Origin: Octopus vulgaris
Taxonomy: Eukaryota
DNA length: 64,000 bases
NCBI GenBank assembly: GCA_951406725.2
Contig: OX597831.1
Location: 50,406,001 to 50,470,000 of the forward strand
Reading direction: 5' to 3'
Shown: piece after piece, positions 42,153 to 55,047 of the stretch
Numbering within the stretch: the stretch's first letter is position 1
Layout of the letters: each line of letters opens with the position of its first letter
Translations under genes and position numbers: made by a program
The notes under the pieces: model-generated
What the model was told of the DNA's origin: nothing
Databases searched by the model: none
What the model saw: only the letters and a program-made list of their open reading frames with translations

Positions 42153-42940
42153 TATCCTTAAATCCTTAAAAATGTCTTAGCCCGAAGGGGGCGGCCATGC
42201 TAGGGCACCATGCTGAATGAGCTACACTAATATGTGAATCCACCTCTGATACGTGGCACCTGAGCAACAAGGGAGTTCGATGCTGCTGCCCGCATCTGCG
42301 TCTCCTGACGTGAGGTAGGTTCATCTGGGACTCCCGACAAGAAGAGATCCAGTTTAGTTTTAAAGAAACCCACATCCACAACATGTAAGTCTCTCAGGCA
42401 TTTAGGGAGGATGTTAAAGAGCTGTGGTCCTCTGAAAGCTAAGCTGTTGCAGTATCTGGTCCTGTATTTTGATGGTGATGTTGGAATCTTTGTCACCATG
42501 CAGTGGCGCCCCGTTCTGCGGTTGGGGTAAATTTGAATGCCAAAGTTTGGGACAAGGCCCTCCAGGATTTTCCAGATGTATATCACCGCATATCTCTCCC
42601 GCCTCCGCTCTAAGGAGAAGAGGTTTAATACTTTCAGTCTTTCCAAGTAGCTGGTATTTTGCATTGAGACGATCTTCTTTGTGTAGCTTCTCTGAATTTC
42701 TTCGAGTTCTGCTGTTAGTTTTATATTGTGTGGGAGACTTTTGTGTCATCTGCATAGCTAGCAAGGGTGGCCATCGTAGCAACTGAAGGCGTGTCTGAAA
42801 GGGCCACTATGAACAGCAGTGGCCCCAAGACAGTGCCCTGTGGAACACCGCTTGTTACCTGTGTTTCCTTGGAGGTGGCTCCATTGCTCACAACTGCCTG
42901 TCTTCTGTCTTTTAGGAAGTTGTGCAGCCACTCTCCAAGT
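42150..42940 (-). mobile_element. 5'-truncated CR1/L2-group LINE
   Basis: Minus strand [41 protein letters not shown]...FRGPQLFNILP...FKTKLDLFL; internally deleted; flanked by (TA)n. Confidence 0.8.
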
Positions 42941-42998
<58 letters not shown>

Positions 42999-43006
42999 CA
43001 TATATA

Positions 43007-43087
43007 CAGAAAGGAACACAGAAAAAACAAGGAGAGAAACAAGAAGAAAAAAATGTGTGTAGTGGCTAACGATCTATCATGGCGACT
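43007..43087 (-). mobile_element. Truncated pLTR fragment of the 49-53 kb PLE family, in (TA)n
   Basis: cagaaaggaacacagaaaaaacaaggagagaaacaag...tgtgtagtggctaacgatctatcatggcgact is nearly identical to 49233-49312. Confidence 0.85.
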
Positions 43088-43097
43088 ATATATATAA

Positions 43098-43202
<105 letters not shown>

Positions 43203-43257
43203 CATATATATATACATATATATATATACATATATATATATACATATATATATATAC

Positions 43258-43315
<58 letters not shown>

Positions 43316-43423
43316 TATAGTGTACATTTTTCTAATTTATATATATATATTATATTTTGCTAAATTTGATTTAGTATTTCTAAATTGAATTTTTCCCTGT
43401 AAGTTTGGAATAATATTCCGCCA

Positions 43424-43469
<46 letters not shown>

Positions 43470-43507
43470 ATTATTATATATGTATATATATATACATATA
43501 TATATGT

Positions 43508-43580
<73 letters not shown>

Positions 43581-43811
43581 TGTATATTATTGTAGATAGA
43601 ATTATAGCCAGTTTTAAGATTAAAGAATGAAAATAATAAGGATGTAAGTGTATTTTCACTAGGTACTTGATATGCAATAGCCTACTGACACGGTTTTTAT
43701 CCATTATTCTAGGCATTGATCTTATAAAATACGAAAGCGGGTTCTTATATGAAAATACATATGCATATATACATATGTGTGTAAGACATAGATAGACAGA
43801 TAGATAGATAA

Positions 43812-43886
<75 letters not shown>

Positions 43887-44140
43887 TGTGGTTGTAGGAA
43901 TGTATTCGTGTGTGTGTGATGTGTGGTGTGTGTGTCTGTGCGCGTGCGTCTCTATCTGTGTGTACGTGTTTATAAAACAACGTGCTGCGTAGGAAGATGA
44001 CATGTTCATATGAATATTTATCTGATAATGTTGAACATGATCTGTATTAAGAATTGAAATATCTATGTATTAGCAGCCCACTGTCTGCGTTTCTTTTCTT
44101 TTTTTTTCTCTATATGTTTTATGTTGTATGTAATAATCCA

Positions 44141-44228
<88 letters not shown>

Positions 44229-44262
44229 GAATGTATATTATTGTAGATATAAAGTATATTAT

Positions 44263-44303
<41 letters not shown>

Positions 44304-46284
44304 ATTCGTATATAGTTATATATATGCATATGTTTTTATGTATAAACATATTTATAAATATAAATAATGTATATATATGTTTATATAGATACATTATATA
44401 CATGCACACATACACACACACACACACATACACATATATATATACATATATACATATATATACATGCATATCTATATACATACATATATGTATCTATCTG
44501 TATATCTATGTACATACATATACGAATATATGTAAGTAGATGTGTGTTTGTGCGTCTGTCGGTGTGTGTGTGCGTGTGTGTGTAATTTGGAAGGAATAAC
44601 TTCTTGTGTGCATTTATTTATGGAAAGAATACAATTCACTGGTAATTTAGGGGAAATTTTGTCCCCATGCGTACGTTAAAATCTACTTGATGTCCTCTAA
44701 AAAGAATATGTAGAGAAGACAGAAAAAAAAATATTACGGTCTCAGAAACCAGCAGACGTAGTGAGAACATGGCCCCGAGTACAAGGCAATTATTGGAACT
44801 CTTCCATAGGCAAAAAAAACCTTGATAAACCCGCCGTAGCGTCTGTATCAGACTCCAGTCAAATCCGATTAAATATAGTTGTTAGCACCAGAAAAGACAG
44901 GAGTGCGGAAAAGATCTTTCAATTGGCGAATAGTTTTTTAATGGAGATAGGAACATTTTGGGACCGTTTTTGTTTTACAAATATGTTTTGTATTTATATG
45001 TTAAGGTGCTTGTCAGTTATTCACAGTATGTAACGTATATGTTCATTACTGTGGTTTCGCTTCCCTCCTCTTTCGACATACGGGTGCGAAACACTAACTG
45101 TTATTTAATGCATTGCAATTGTGAGACGCTTCTTTCACATTCCGCTACCTTCAGTTATGGCATTGTTAATTACTAATTGACCTTTGCAGCGTCATGAGTC
45201 TTTGAGTGTCATATAGATTGATCATGAAAGGAGACTTTTTTCCTGAGATTCATTCTCTCTTACGTTAGTGAAGTTAAAGCTTCGTAGGCTATGAGACGGC
45301 AGGTCCTTTTCTTTATTTTGATTTTAGATTGTGTTATGTCTTTAGAACTGACGATTGAGAAATATTTCTTCTCGATGAGATATTCAAGTGTTTTCTCTAG
45401 CTGCATTAACTTTAAACGTCGTTGTATGAGCTTCATGCACCTCACTTAATGCCAATCTGACGTTTGACATACGGGTGCTGTTTGTTTGTTTGCTTGTTTG
45501 TTTGTTTATTTGTTGAGCGAAGCGGTCTTCGTCCCAGACCTCTCAAGATCGCGCCTCTGTTGTGGAAGAAGTCCGAAACGTGGTCCCTTGCTATTCCTAA
45601 GCCCCGCAGAAGAGAAAGCAGGGCAATCCCTGACATCGAGAGCATCGACGGATGGATGAATGCGCATCGAGGCTCAGCGGTTGCGTAGCAAGTCGAGGAC
45701 AAGAGACAGGAAGAAAGAGTGCGAGAAAGTTGGAGCAAAAGAGTACAACAGGGGTCGCCACCACCCTACTGGTGCTGCTATATAATTGTTTTCAAGAGCG
45801 TTTCCGTCGATGCTATTTTTTCAACGTTTTGTGAACATCTCGTCCCTGACTGAAATCGGAAATGAATCATTTTGCCAGTCCATGAATTATAAGCTCATGT
45901 CGTACAGATCACATTCGGGTATGTTCAGACAATGCATACTAAGAATAAATTCAAATATTAAATAGAGGCAACACTAGTGTAATATACATTATCAACCACA
46001 AATACTTAGTAAATATGCTTCGTGATTCGCATGCCATGAGCATATAATTCGTGGACTGGTGATATGATTCATTTCCACTCTTGGTGGTGTTCGTGGTGTT
46101 GACAGGCCACAACAATGGCGAAACAGCAATGTCCATCATTCCTAGATGGGATTGAAAGAGTGGTGTCTGGCGAGATAATTCACTCTCAGTCGCATCTATC
46201 GACAAATACGAGGAACATGTACGTTAAGTACATGTGATTGATGATGTTTAATTCAGACGTGTCCCTTGAATCTTATATGGGAAT

Positions 46285-46330
<46 letters not shown>

Positions 46331-47022
46331 TGTGTGTATGTGTGTGCGTGTGTGTGTGTTTATTTATGTGTGTGTATTTATTTATATAAATATATATATA
46401 TATACAGATATACATATTTACAGATATACATATATATATAAATACTTGCATACATATATAACTATATATATGTATGCATGTATATATGTATATACAAGGA
46501 AAGAAAGTGTAAGCGAACCTTGTTATTTGTATCTGTAACCCTAAGTCAATGATTGTCATTGACAATACTCGCACAAAATAGATCAATAAATGTCGTGTTA
46601 TTGTAATTTTGCGCGATTCTTGTGTGTCTATTTACATCTATAGACTAAATACTTGTATATTTATGGACAGATGTGAAGCGAAAAGGCAATTTAGTTGGCA
46701 TCAACTACTATAGAACTTATGTCACAGCCAAAGCGCCATCTATGTAAATTGCGGTGCTGTTATTAAATATAATACAGTTGAATGATGCAAGAACTGTAAA
46801 TAGATTGAATAAGTCCGTATTTTATTCCAGATAAAATGAAACGATCTTTTGAAACTATTAATTCTATAATTATTTCGAGCAAATTGCTCGCGTTTTTGTA
46901 TTTCAGTTCTGAAAAATGAAAATAGATTCCGTATTGAAAACGTATAAATGCAGGCATTTTATATACATTGATATATATAAATATATAAGCTTTACACTTA
47001 TATGCATACATGCATATGTATG

Positions 47023-47101
<79 letters not shown>

Positions 47102-49052
47102 TATACATATATATACATATATATATACATATATATATATACCTATATATATACATATATATATATGTATATATATATATATACATACATATATATATAT
47201 ACACACATATATATATATACATACATATATATACACACACATATATATATATACAATCATATATACATATATATATATATATTTGTGTGTATATGTGTGT
47301 CTGCGTGTGCAGAGAGAGAGAGATGATGAGAGAGACGGAAAGCGAGAGCGAATGCACATACGTATATGTATATACGCCACACATATACACATCTGAGAGT
47401 GTTAACAAAGGTTTTTATATATTTTTTGCATATTGTGGAGTGTTTTATATAAACTCTATTGAATTACATTCTCTGAGATTACAACGCTCACATTCATTAT
47501 TATATTAATAGATCATTTATTTCTGTAAAGAAAGAAGTTTCGAACGTGTATAGAAGCTTACTTTATAGAACGAGAAACATATATATATATATATATATAT
47601 ATACTTGTATGTATGTATATTCCGATAAACCATTGAAGATATTGTGTTTATTTTTGTGCTGTTGATGCTATTAGATTAATTGTTGATATTAGTACTTTTT
47701 CTTTGTTGTTTGGGCGACATATTGCAGAATCTGGTAAGAAGTATAGGAGACAATTAATATGTGCAAGTTTAAACACGTCGCTTTGATTTTTGATTTCAAA
47801 TCTCACCGAGAAGACATTTTCTATTATATTCTTCAGATTTCTATATAAGAAAAGAAGCAGTCATTTCCTGGATTCTTTAGAAATGCCTGAATCTCTCAGT
47901 GAAGAAATTGGTCGTTTTCCTTCCTTAGGAAGTATCTATATTATTATGTTGTTTGTTTTTACGGTATGGGTTCGGTGTTAATGTTTTCCCTAAGCTGAAA
48001 TACAACTATAGAACAAACTCAAAGGCGTAACAAAAATATTTATTTTAATGAGACAATTTTGAGTATCTTACTTTACGCAACCTTAACCCTGCAACGAAAA
48101 TTGAGGATCTAACAAAAATTATCAATAAGAATATTTCAACAAAAATAATTATGGAACGAAAATGAAAACATAATTAAAATCTCGAACATAATGAGGTAGT
48201 GTTATAAATATCTTAAAGCTAATGCATTAAATGGGGAATAAGGGCATCCGTAATACGCTACCTTTCAAGGAATTCTTTAAATGTATATTATTAGTAGGTC
48301 AGATGGATGCCAGATTGGGAGAGATCGTCTTACAACATGCTTATAATTCACATTCTGGTTTCAAATCCAGCAAGAGTCGAACTTGCTTTTAATATTACTG
48401 AATGAAATATGATGTACATTTCACACTCAGAAAATCTGGGTACAATATAGGTGAGGAATCGAGAAAAGCCTTCTAAATATTTTGAAGTGATTCTTGAAGT
48501 GATTCTTCCGACTTCGCCCAGGCTGCATATTTTTTATATAGTGGTTAACTTCTAGCAACAGCTTCAACAAAGCATTAACAGCTTCCATATCAGCGATGGT
48601 AGTAGACCAACGGAAGACAGGCATTGCGCCTTCTACACCTAATCAAATAATCTGCTAGGTCCAAACCTTTCGTCACATATCTGCAGCTTGCTCACTGGCA
48701 CAATTTCGCATCATCAGTCAGTGCCTGACAGGTGAAGACGTCAATTTGGTATGTGAATACAAACCCAGTCTCAGTTGTAAATGCAAATGATTTAGAACTA
48801 AAGTACAATTATCCCCCGAGGACAATTACTCCTCGCCCCAATGGAACAATTCCCCTCGACGACAATGACTACCAACGACAACTATCCCTCTTGGTTAATT
48901 ACTCCATCTCTAATACATTAAGAAGTTTTAAATCATCATCTGTTTCCTCAGGAGTTATTTCTGTGGGGTAAATGTCCTAGACTTGAATATACACGTAGTA
49001 CAAGTATTCCCTTGCATTTGGCTCAGATATATCCCCGTGTACAAGAGCGTGC

Positions 49053-49112
<60 letters not shown>

Positions 49113-49204
49113 AGAGTTTACGAAAAAAAAAACAAGAGACGAAGACAGGTGGTGTACAAAAACAAACAGATGTATTAGTATAACGTTCAGGAATAGAAAA
49201 AGTA

Positions 49205-49239
49205 TTTTACGTTACGAGCCTAGGCTCTTCTACAGAAAG
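49205..49239 (-). ncRNA. Degenerate minimal hammerhead motif in the inverted pLTR
   Basis: Minus strand cttt-CTGTAGA-a-gagc(ctag)gctc-GTAAC-GTA-aaa; homologous to 53512-53549. Confidence 0.55.
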
Positions 49240-49766
49240 GGACACAGAAAAAACAAGGAGAGAAACAAGGACAAAAAATGTGTGTAGTGGCTAAGGATCT
49301 ATCATGGCGACTATATATATATATATATATATATATATTTCTCACCTTGAACTTTCAACCTTGAACTTGTTCGCATAAACTGTCCCGTTTGTTGTATTTT
49401 TATTGTCTCTTATATTACCACTTTTTTTACATTCATTTCATGCTTCCCACATTTTCCTGAATTTTTGTTCTCCTTTCCGTCTTTCTTCCCTCTCTGGATG
49501 TCCATACTCCGTTTCCTCTGCCTGCACCCCCCTTTTTTGCCTCCCCCTCTCTCTGCTTCCTTTCTTTCTTTCCCTTTTCCGTTTGCCCCGTCTTTTCTGC
49601 CCCTATCGCTTACTTATCTAGTTTTTTCATACGATTATTATTTTTTTGTTTTTTTGAACGTTTGTTTTTTCCCCTTTTTTCGCTATCCTTTTTTTCTATT
49701 TTTTTCATACGATAATTCTTGTTTTTTTTTTGTTTTTTTCGAACGTTTTTTTTCCGCTATCCCATC

Positions 49767-52700
49767 ATGCCGGATCCTAGGTCCTACCTCCTCACCCTCC
49801 ATCACCGTTTGAAGGATCATCTACGTTCGCTTCCTGTATATTGCCTTCAGCCGTCCGTTAATCTCTCTCTACTTCTTTTTAAAAAACCCGCTTCTCTAGC
49901 CATGTCTCTTTCCTAAGCCGCTGCCTACATCACCGACTCATCCCTAAAGGTTTCCGCCTCCACTTCCACCCTGCTCTCCACTCGGATTCTTCCATCTTAC
50001 CCATACTCCGCACCACATCTTACCGCCTTATGCGGGCCACCATTCGCTCCAATATCTCCAAACTACATGCCATCAACCGCCTTCTTCCTCCTGCTTTCTC
50101 CGCCTTCTTCTCCTCTCTGCCGCCTCTCTATGCTCCAAACACGCTACGCTTCATTATCCATTTGAATCAACTCTTCCATCAATTTCTTTCTGATACCAAA
50201 CTTCGTAAACTCCAATCACTCTTCCATTCCACCCTACCCGACGCCACTACCCCAACTCCTCCACCACCCTTCTCCCTCCCGATAGGCTCCATCCACCCAC
50301 ACCTAACCCCACTGCCCCTCCCTACAACCCCTTCTCCCCTCCCGTTAGGCTCCATCCACCTACACCTAACCCTACTGCCCCGCCCAAACCACCCCCCACA
50401 CACCTCCCCAATCCCTCCCCCTCAGACCTCCACGAGACCTACCACCCCTCCTACTTCTATTCCACCCACCCCTTCTCCACTTCCGTCTGTTGTTACCATT
50501 CCCCCCGATCTTCCCCTCTCTGCAGCTGAACGCTCCGTCCTTGGTAGGGGTCTGCGTTTCATCCCCCTCACTCCATCCTGTAAGGAATTCCAGACGCGAG
50601 TTGATGTCCACAGCTTTGTGCGCCGTGTCCGGTTGGGTGCGCATTACCACGACTCGCCACCCACACCCAACGAAGAGGACGACTGCTTCACTGGCCTGGG
50701 CCGCCGACCATCCCCGTGGACGCCTGCCCCTGGCCAGTTCCTAGCAGTGGATCTTTTCGCGGGCGCTTGTCAGCGTGCATTGGAGCGGTTCAACTTCTCC
50801 AGGCGCCAACGCCGCCTCAACATCTCCCCGGCTGAGCTCTTGGCTCTTCGTTCCCTCCAACGGCGCGCTGACATTATCATCAAACCGGCTGACAAGGGTG
50901 GAGCTGTAGTGGTGTGGCGCGCGGACCTCTATAGGGCCGAGGCTTTCCGCCAACTCAATGACACCTCCTTCTATTCCCCTCTGCCCTCTAACCCCACACG
51001 TAGCTACCAACAGACGGTATCCTCTACTGTCCAAGACCTCATCTCGTCCTCCCGTCTCCCCCGCACCGCATCCAACCTAATTGTGCGAACCCCACGTACC
51101 CCCACCATTTACTTCCTCCCCAAAATCCACAAACCCAACAACCCTGGCCGCCCCATCGTCTCCGCCTGTAACTGCCCCACGGAGCTCATCTCTAAATACC
51201 TCGACCGTGTCCTTGCCCCCCTAGTGGCATCTCTTCCCTCCCACATCCACGATACCAACCATGCTCTCCGGCTTTTCAACTCCTTCTCCTTTCCTCCCGG
51301 CTCCTCCAAAATCCTTTTTACTATGGACATCCAAAGCCTCTATACTGTTATCCCTCACCACGAAGGACTGCAGGCCCTTCGACACTTTCTTGACCTCCGC
51401 TCTAACCCTGTACCTGACACCTCCACACTCATTCGTCTGGCCGAACTTGTCCTTACTCTGAACTGCTTCTCGTTCGCGGGCGAGTTCTACCATCAGGTCT
51501 CGGGAGTGGCCATGGGAACGCGAATGGGCCCCAACTATGCGAACCTGTTCGTTGGCTATGTTGAGGCCCAAATATTCTCTAATTTCACTGGTCCCACTCC
51601 TGAACTATATGGTCGTTATATTGACGACATTATCGGTGCCACCTCACTCTCCCGCGAACATCTAGATTCCTTCCTCTCTTTCGTCCAATCTTTCCATCCA
51701 GCCCTCCACTTCACTTCCACTATCTCCAACACCTCTGTCTCCTTCCTCGACATTTCGGTTAGCATTCTTCACTCCACTCTTACCACCTCCATTCACTACA
51801 AACACACAGACTCACACTCATACCTCAACTTCTCTTCCTCCCACCCAGAACACACCAAGCTTTCCATCCCCTATTCCCAATTCCTCCGTCTACGTAGGCT
51901 CTGTAGTGACGACCATGACTTTGAGACTCAGTCTCAACGTATGGCTCACCACTTCACCCTACGTGGATACCCCCTCACCACTATCCACACCGCCCTTGCC
52001 AGAGCACGGTCCGTGGACCGTGTATCTGCTCTCTCTCCCCGAACCCGACCTGTAGTCTCCCGCCTCCCTTTTCCCCTCACTTACCACCCCACGACCCTAC
52101 GTCTCCAACGCACCATTCTTCGAGCTTTCCGTCATCTCCAGTCCGACCCATCCACTTCACACCTCTTCCCTAACCGACCCCTCCCCTCTTTCAAACGAGC
52201 CCACAACCTTCGAGACCTTTTGGTCCATAGCTCCTTCCCTGACCCTACCTCCCAACCCGGCTCGTTCCCCTGCTCCCGCCCACGTTGCCGCACTTGCCCT
52301 TACCTCTCCAACACCACCCGCCTCACTAGCACCCACCATCGACCCTATCGCATCATCCACTCCTTCACCTGCACCTCCAGCAATATTATCTATTGCATCT
52401 CTTGCTCTCTCTGCAATTCCTTGTACATCGGACAAACGGGACGCCGCTTGGCTGACCGGTTCGCGGAACACCTTCGTGACATCCACCTTGCGAACGACAC
52501 ACCGGTCTCACGCCATTTCCGCTCCACCGGTCACTCCTTGCAACACCTATCTGTGTTCGGTTTGTCCTTACACAGAGGCCATCCGGATTCCCGTTTGCGC
52601 CGTGAACAGGAATTAATCTTCTCTCTTCGCTCTTATACGCCATTTGGTCTCAACTCTCCCCCTCCTCATCTAACCCCCCTCTCCCCCTCCTCACCTATCC

Positions 52701-53026
52701 TTTCTCCCCCGACCGCTACTTCTTCAGTCCTTCATCCTTTCACCCCTACTCCCCTTCCCTTCTTCCCTCTTTCTCCCTCCCTCTTCCCCTTCCCTCTGAT
52801 CCCTCACTCCCTCTCTCCCCTTCTCTCTCCCCCTCTCCCTCTTTCCTCCTTCATCCCCCTCCTCTCCTTCCTTCTCCCCATCCTCTCCTCTTCCCCCTTC
52901 TCCTCTCCCTCTTCTTCCCCTCCCATCCCCCCTCTTCTTCCCCTCCCCCTCTTCTCCTCACTACACCACATGACTTTACCCATCACATCACATATGATGT
53001 GCCATACTAATACACACACCAACTAA
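49767..53026 (+). CDS. Penelope-like element (Neptune-type) polyprotein: N-terminal domain, reverse transcriptase, Zn-finger linker, GIY-YIG endonuclease; one apparent frameshift near 49881-49886
   Basis: ORF 50030-53026 has PLE RT motifs IIIKPADKGGAVVVW, YFLPKIHKPNNPGRPIVS, TMDIQSLYTVIPH, GVAMGTRMGPNYANLF, YGRYIDD, FLDI, YKHTDSHSYLNFSSSHP. It also has a CSRPRCRTC linker and GIY-YIG NIIYCISCSLCNSLYIGQTGRRLADRFAEH. The same frame is open upstream to 49886 (HVSFLSRCLHHRLIPKGF, the PLE N-terminal motif). ATG 49767 is in the adjacent frame. Confidence 0.93.
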
Positions 53027-53340
53027 TACATACTAATACGTACTAATACATACTAGTACATACTAATACTTACACCAACCCTATACATACACACGTCCAG
53101 ACCCCGCATACGCACTTATACTCTCTCACACACACACACACCTATACATACCAATACGTACTAATACATACTAATACAAACTAATACATACACCAACCCC
53201 ATACATACGCACGTCCAGACCAATCTTACGCACTAATACTCTCTCATACGCACACACACACACACACACACACACCCTTATACATACTAATACATACACC
53301 AACCCTATACATACACACATCCAGACCCCTCCCACGCACT
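53025..53340 (+). repeat. Tandem ~120-130 bp repeats in the PLE 3' UTR
   Basis: Recurring catactaata...caccaaccctatacatacacacgtccagacc unit, about 2.5-3 copies. Confidence 0.75.
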
Positions 53341-53511
53341 TTTAGCTGGTCCCTCAACCCATTTATCAACCCTATTATCTCCCCTTATTTCGCTCTCGCG
53401 TCTCATGTTTGATCTTTGACCTCTGGCCGAAATCAGATCGCCATGTTGATTCGTTAGCTACTGCACGCATTTTTTTCTCTCCTTCTTTCTGTGTTTTTCT
53501 CTCTCTGTGTA

Positions 53512-53549
53512 TCTTTCTGTTGAAGAGCGTAGGCTCGAAACGTTAAAGA
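53512..53549 (+). ncRNA. Minimal type I hammerhead ribozyme motif in PLE 3' repeat (one core substitution)
   Basis: tcttt-CTGTTGA-a-gagc(gtag)gctc-GAAAC-GTT-aaaga. Stems I and II pair; the core reads CUGUUGA instead of CUGANGA. Confidence 0.7.
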
Positions 53550-53657
53550 CTTGTTTTATTTATATTTCCTGAGCGCCATACTAATACAATTGTTCGTTTG
53601 TTTTCCACCTGCCTTCGTCTTTTGTTTATTTTCATAAAGCTTCCCGTTATATATATG

Positions 53658-53695
<38 letters not shown>

Positions 53696-53752
53696 TGTAT
53701 ATATATATATGTGTATATATATATATGTGTGTATATGTATACATATATATGT

Positions 53753-53835
53753 ATATGAAAAAACAAGTCAAAATAGGAAATGCTAAAATAATTTTATAAA
53801 GAACATTTTCTATTTTGACTTGTTTTTTTCATATA
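53753..53835. repeat. Short (~30 bp) inverted repeat between TA tracts
   Basis: atatgaaaaaacaagtcaaaataggaaatg / cattttctattttgacttgtttttttcatat. Confidence 0.8.
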
Positions 53836-53871
53836 TATCAACTCGTGTGTTCCTTTTCACCCTTATACATA

Positions 53872-53920
<49 letters not shown>

Positions 53921-54359
53921 ATATATATATATAAATGGGAGTGTGCGCATGTGCATGGGGGAAAGGTTAGTGTGAGTGAATATTTGCATATATCTGCATA
54001 TATGAGTGTTAGATGATCACATGTATTATTATTATATCAATATTTTTCTTGTTTTTTTTTAATGATGACGTCTATATACATCAACTTATGAAGAATCTAA
54101 CAGTAAGAGATTATCGAAATAAGATTAAGCAAATAATTCAGGCATAGTTCGGAACAAGGCGTGACAGTGTGGTAAGAAGGTTGCTTCCCGACCACAAGGT
54201 TCCAGGTTCAGTCCCACTGTGTGGCACACTGGGTAGTTGTCTTCTACTATAGCCTTGTGAGTGGATTTGGCAGACGGAAACTGAAAGAAGCCCGTCGTAT
54301 ATATATATATATATATATATTTAAAAAATGAGATGTGGAACACGAGTTGTGATATATAA

Positions 54360-54673
54360 AAAAGGAAATGAAGAAAATGCTGAGAAAATAATTTAAGTAA
54401 TTTAAGTAATTTAATTACGTGAAAGTTCTTTTTACCGGTTGCGCATTTGTTATGCTTATCAAAAGATGTTTTTTTAAGAGAGATAGAGTTCCTTTCTGAT
54501 AGATTTTTTCCTCTTATCAGATAAGAGGAAAAAATCTATCAGAAAGGAACTCTATCTCTCTTAAAAAAACATCTTTTGATAAGCATAACAAATGCGCAAC
54601 CGGTAAAAAGAACTTTCACGTAATTAAATTACTTAAATTACTTAAATTATTTTGTCAGCATTTTCTTCATTTC

Positions 54674-54678
<5 letters not shown>
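54360..54678. repeat. ~160 bp-arm near-perfect palindrome (centre 54519) with degenerate mirrored hammerhead motifs (54427-54466 -, 54572-54611 +)
   Basis: ...ttttttcctcttatc-a-gataagaggaaaaaa... The arm contains tcttt-TTGATAA-gcat(aacaa)atgc-GCAAC-cg-GTA-aaaga. One arm mismatch seen. Confidence 0.95.
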
Positions 54679-54727
<49 letters not shown>

Positions 54728-55047
54728 GGTGTGTATCTGTATTTGTCCACCCGCCATTGCTTGACAATCGATGCTGGTGTATTTATGTCCCTGAAACTTA
54801 GCGGTTCGGTATAAGAGTATATAAGAATAAGTACTGTGCTTACAAAGAATACGATCTGGACTCGGTTTCTTCGACTAAAACCCTTTAGGCGGTGCTCCAG
54901 CATGGCCTCAGTCAAATTACTGATAGAAGTAGAGGAGTAAAAGAATACACAGTGAACAATATTTTTCAAGCCAGCCTGTTGTTCCAATCGAGCCTGTTGA
55001 TGAAATAATAGAAGGAATGGCGATATTGGACGTAATAAATGAATATA

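Larger units (their letters stand above)
49110..53650 (+). mobile_element. Near full-length Penelope-like retroelement with 3' pLTR-like repeat (~53435-53650) and an inverted, diverged pLTR copy upstream (~49110-49312), embedded in (TA)n
   Basis: 49110-49312 reverse-complements to a diverged version of 53435-53650 (e.g. ttttacgttacgagcctaggctcttctacagaaag vs ctttctgttgaagagcgtaggctcgaaacgttaaag). Both ends abut TA microsatellites. Confidence 0.85.

Noticed and set aside
45951-46205. Minus-strand 84-aa ORF resembling a GPCR N-terminus (NTT/NES sequons plus a hydrophobic stretch)
   Set aside because: It stops right after the hydrophobic segment, with no splice donor or further TM segments found.
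49876-49889. Programmed -1 ribosomal frameshift at tttttaaaaaaccc in the PLE
   Set aside because: The shift needed is -1, but no X XXY YYZ heptamer is in the correct phase (codons read CTT TTT AAA AAA CCC). A homopolymer deletion or assembly error is simpler.
53025-53340. Repeat-spacer-like pattern (CRISPR-like)
   Set aside because: These are degenerate tandem duplications without unique spacers, in a eukaryotic retroelement UTR with no cas genes.
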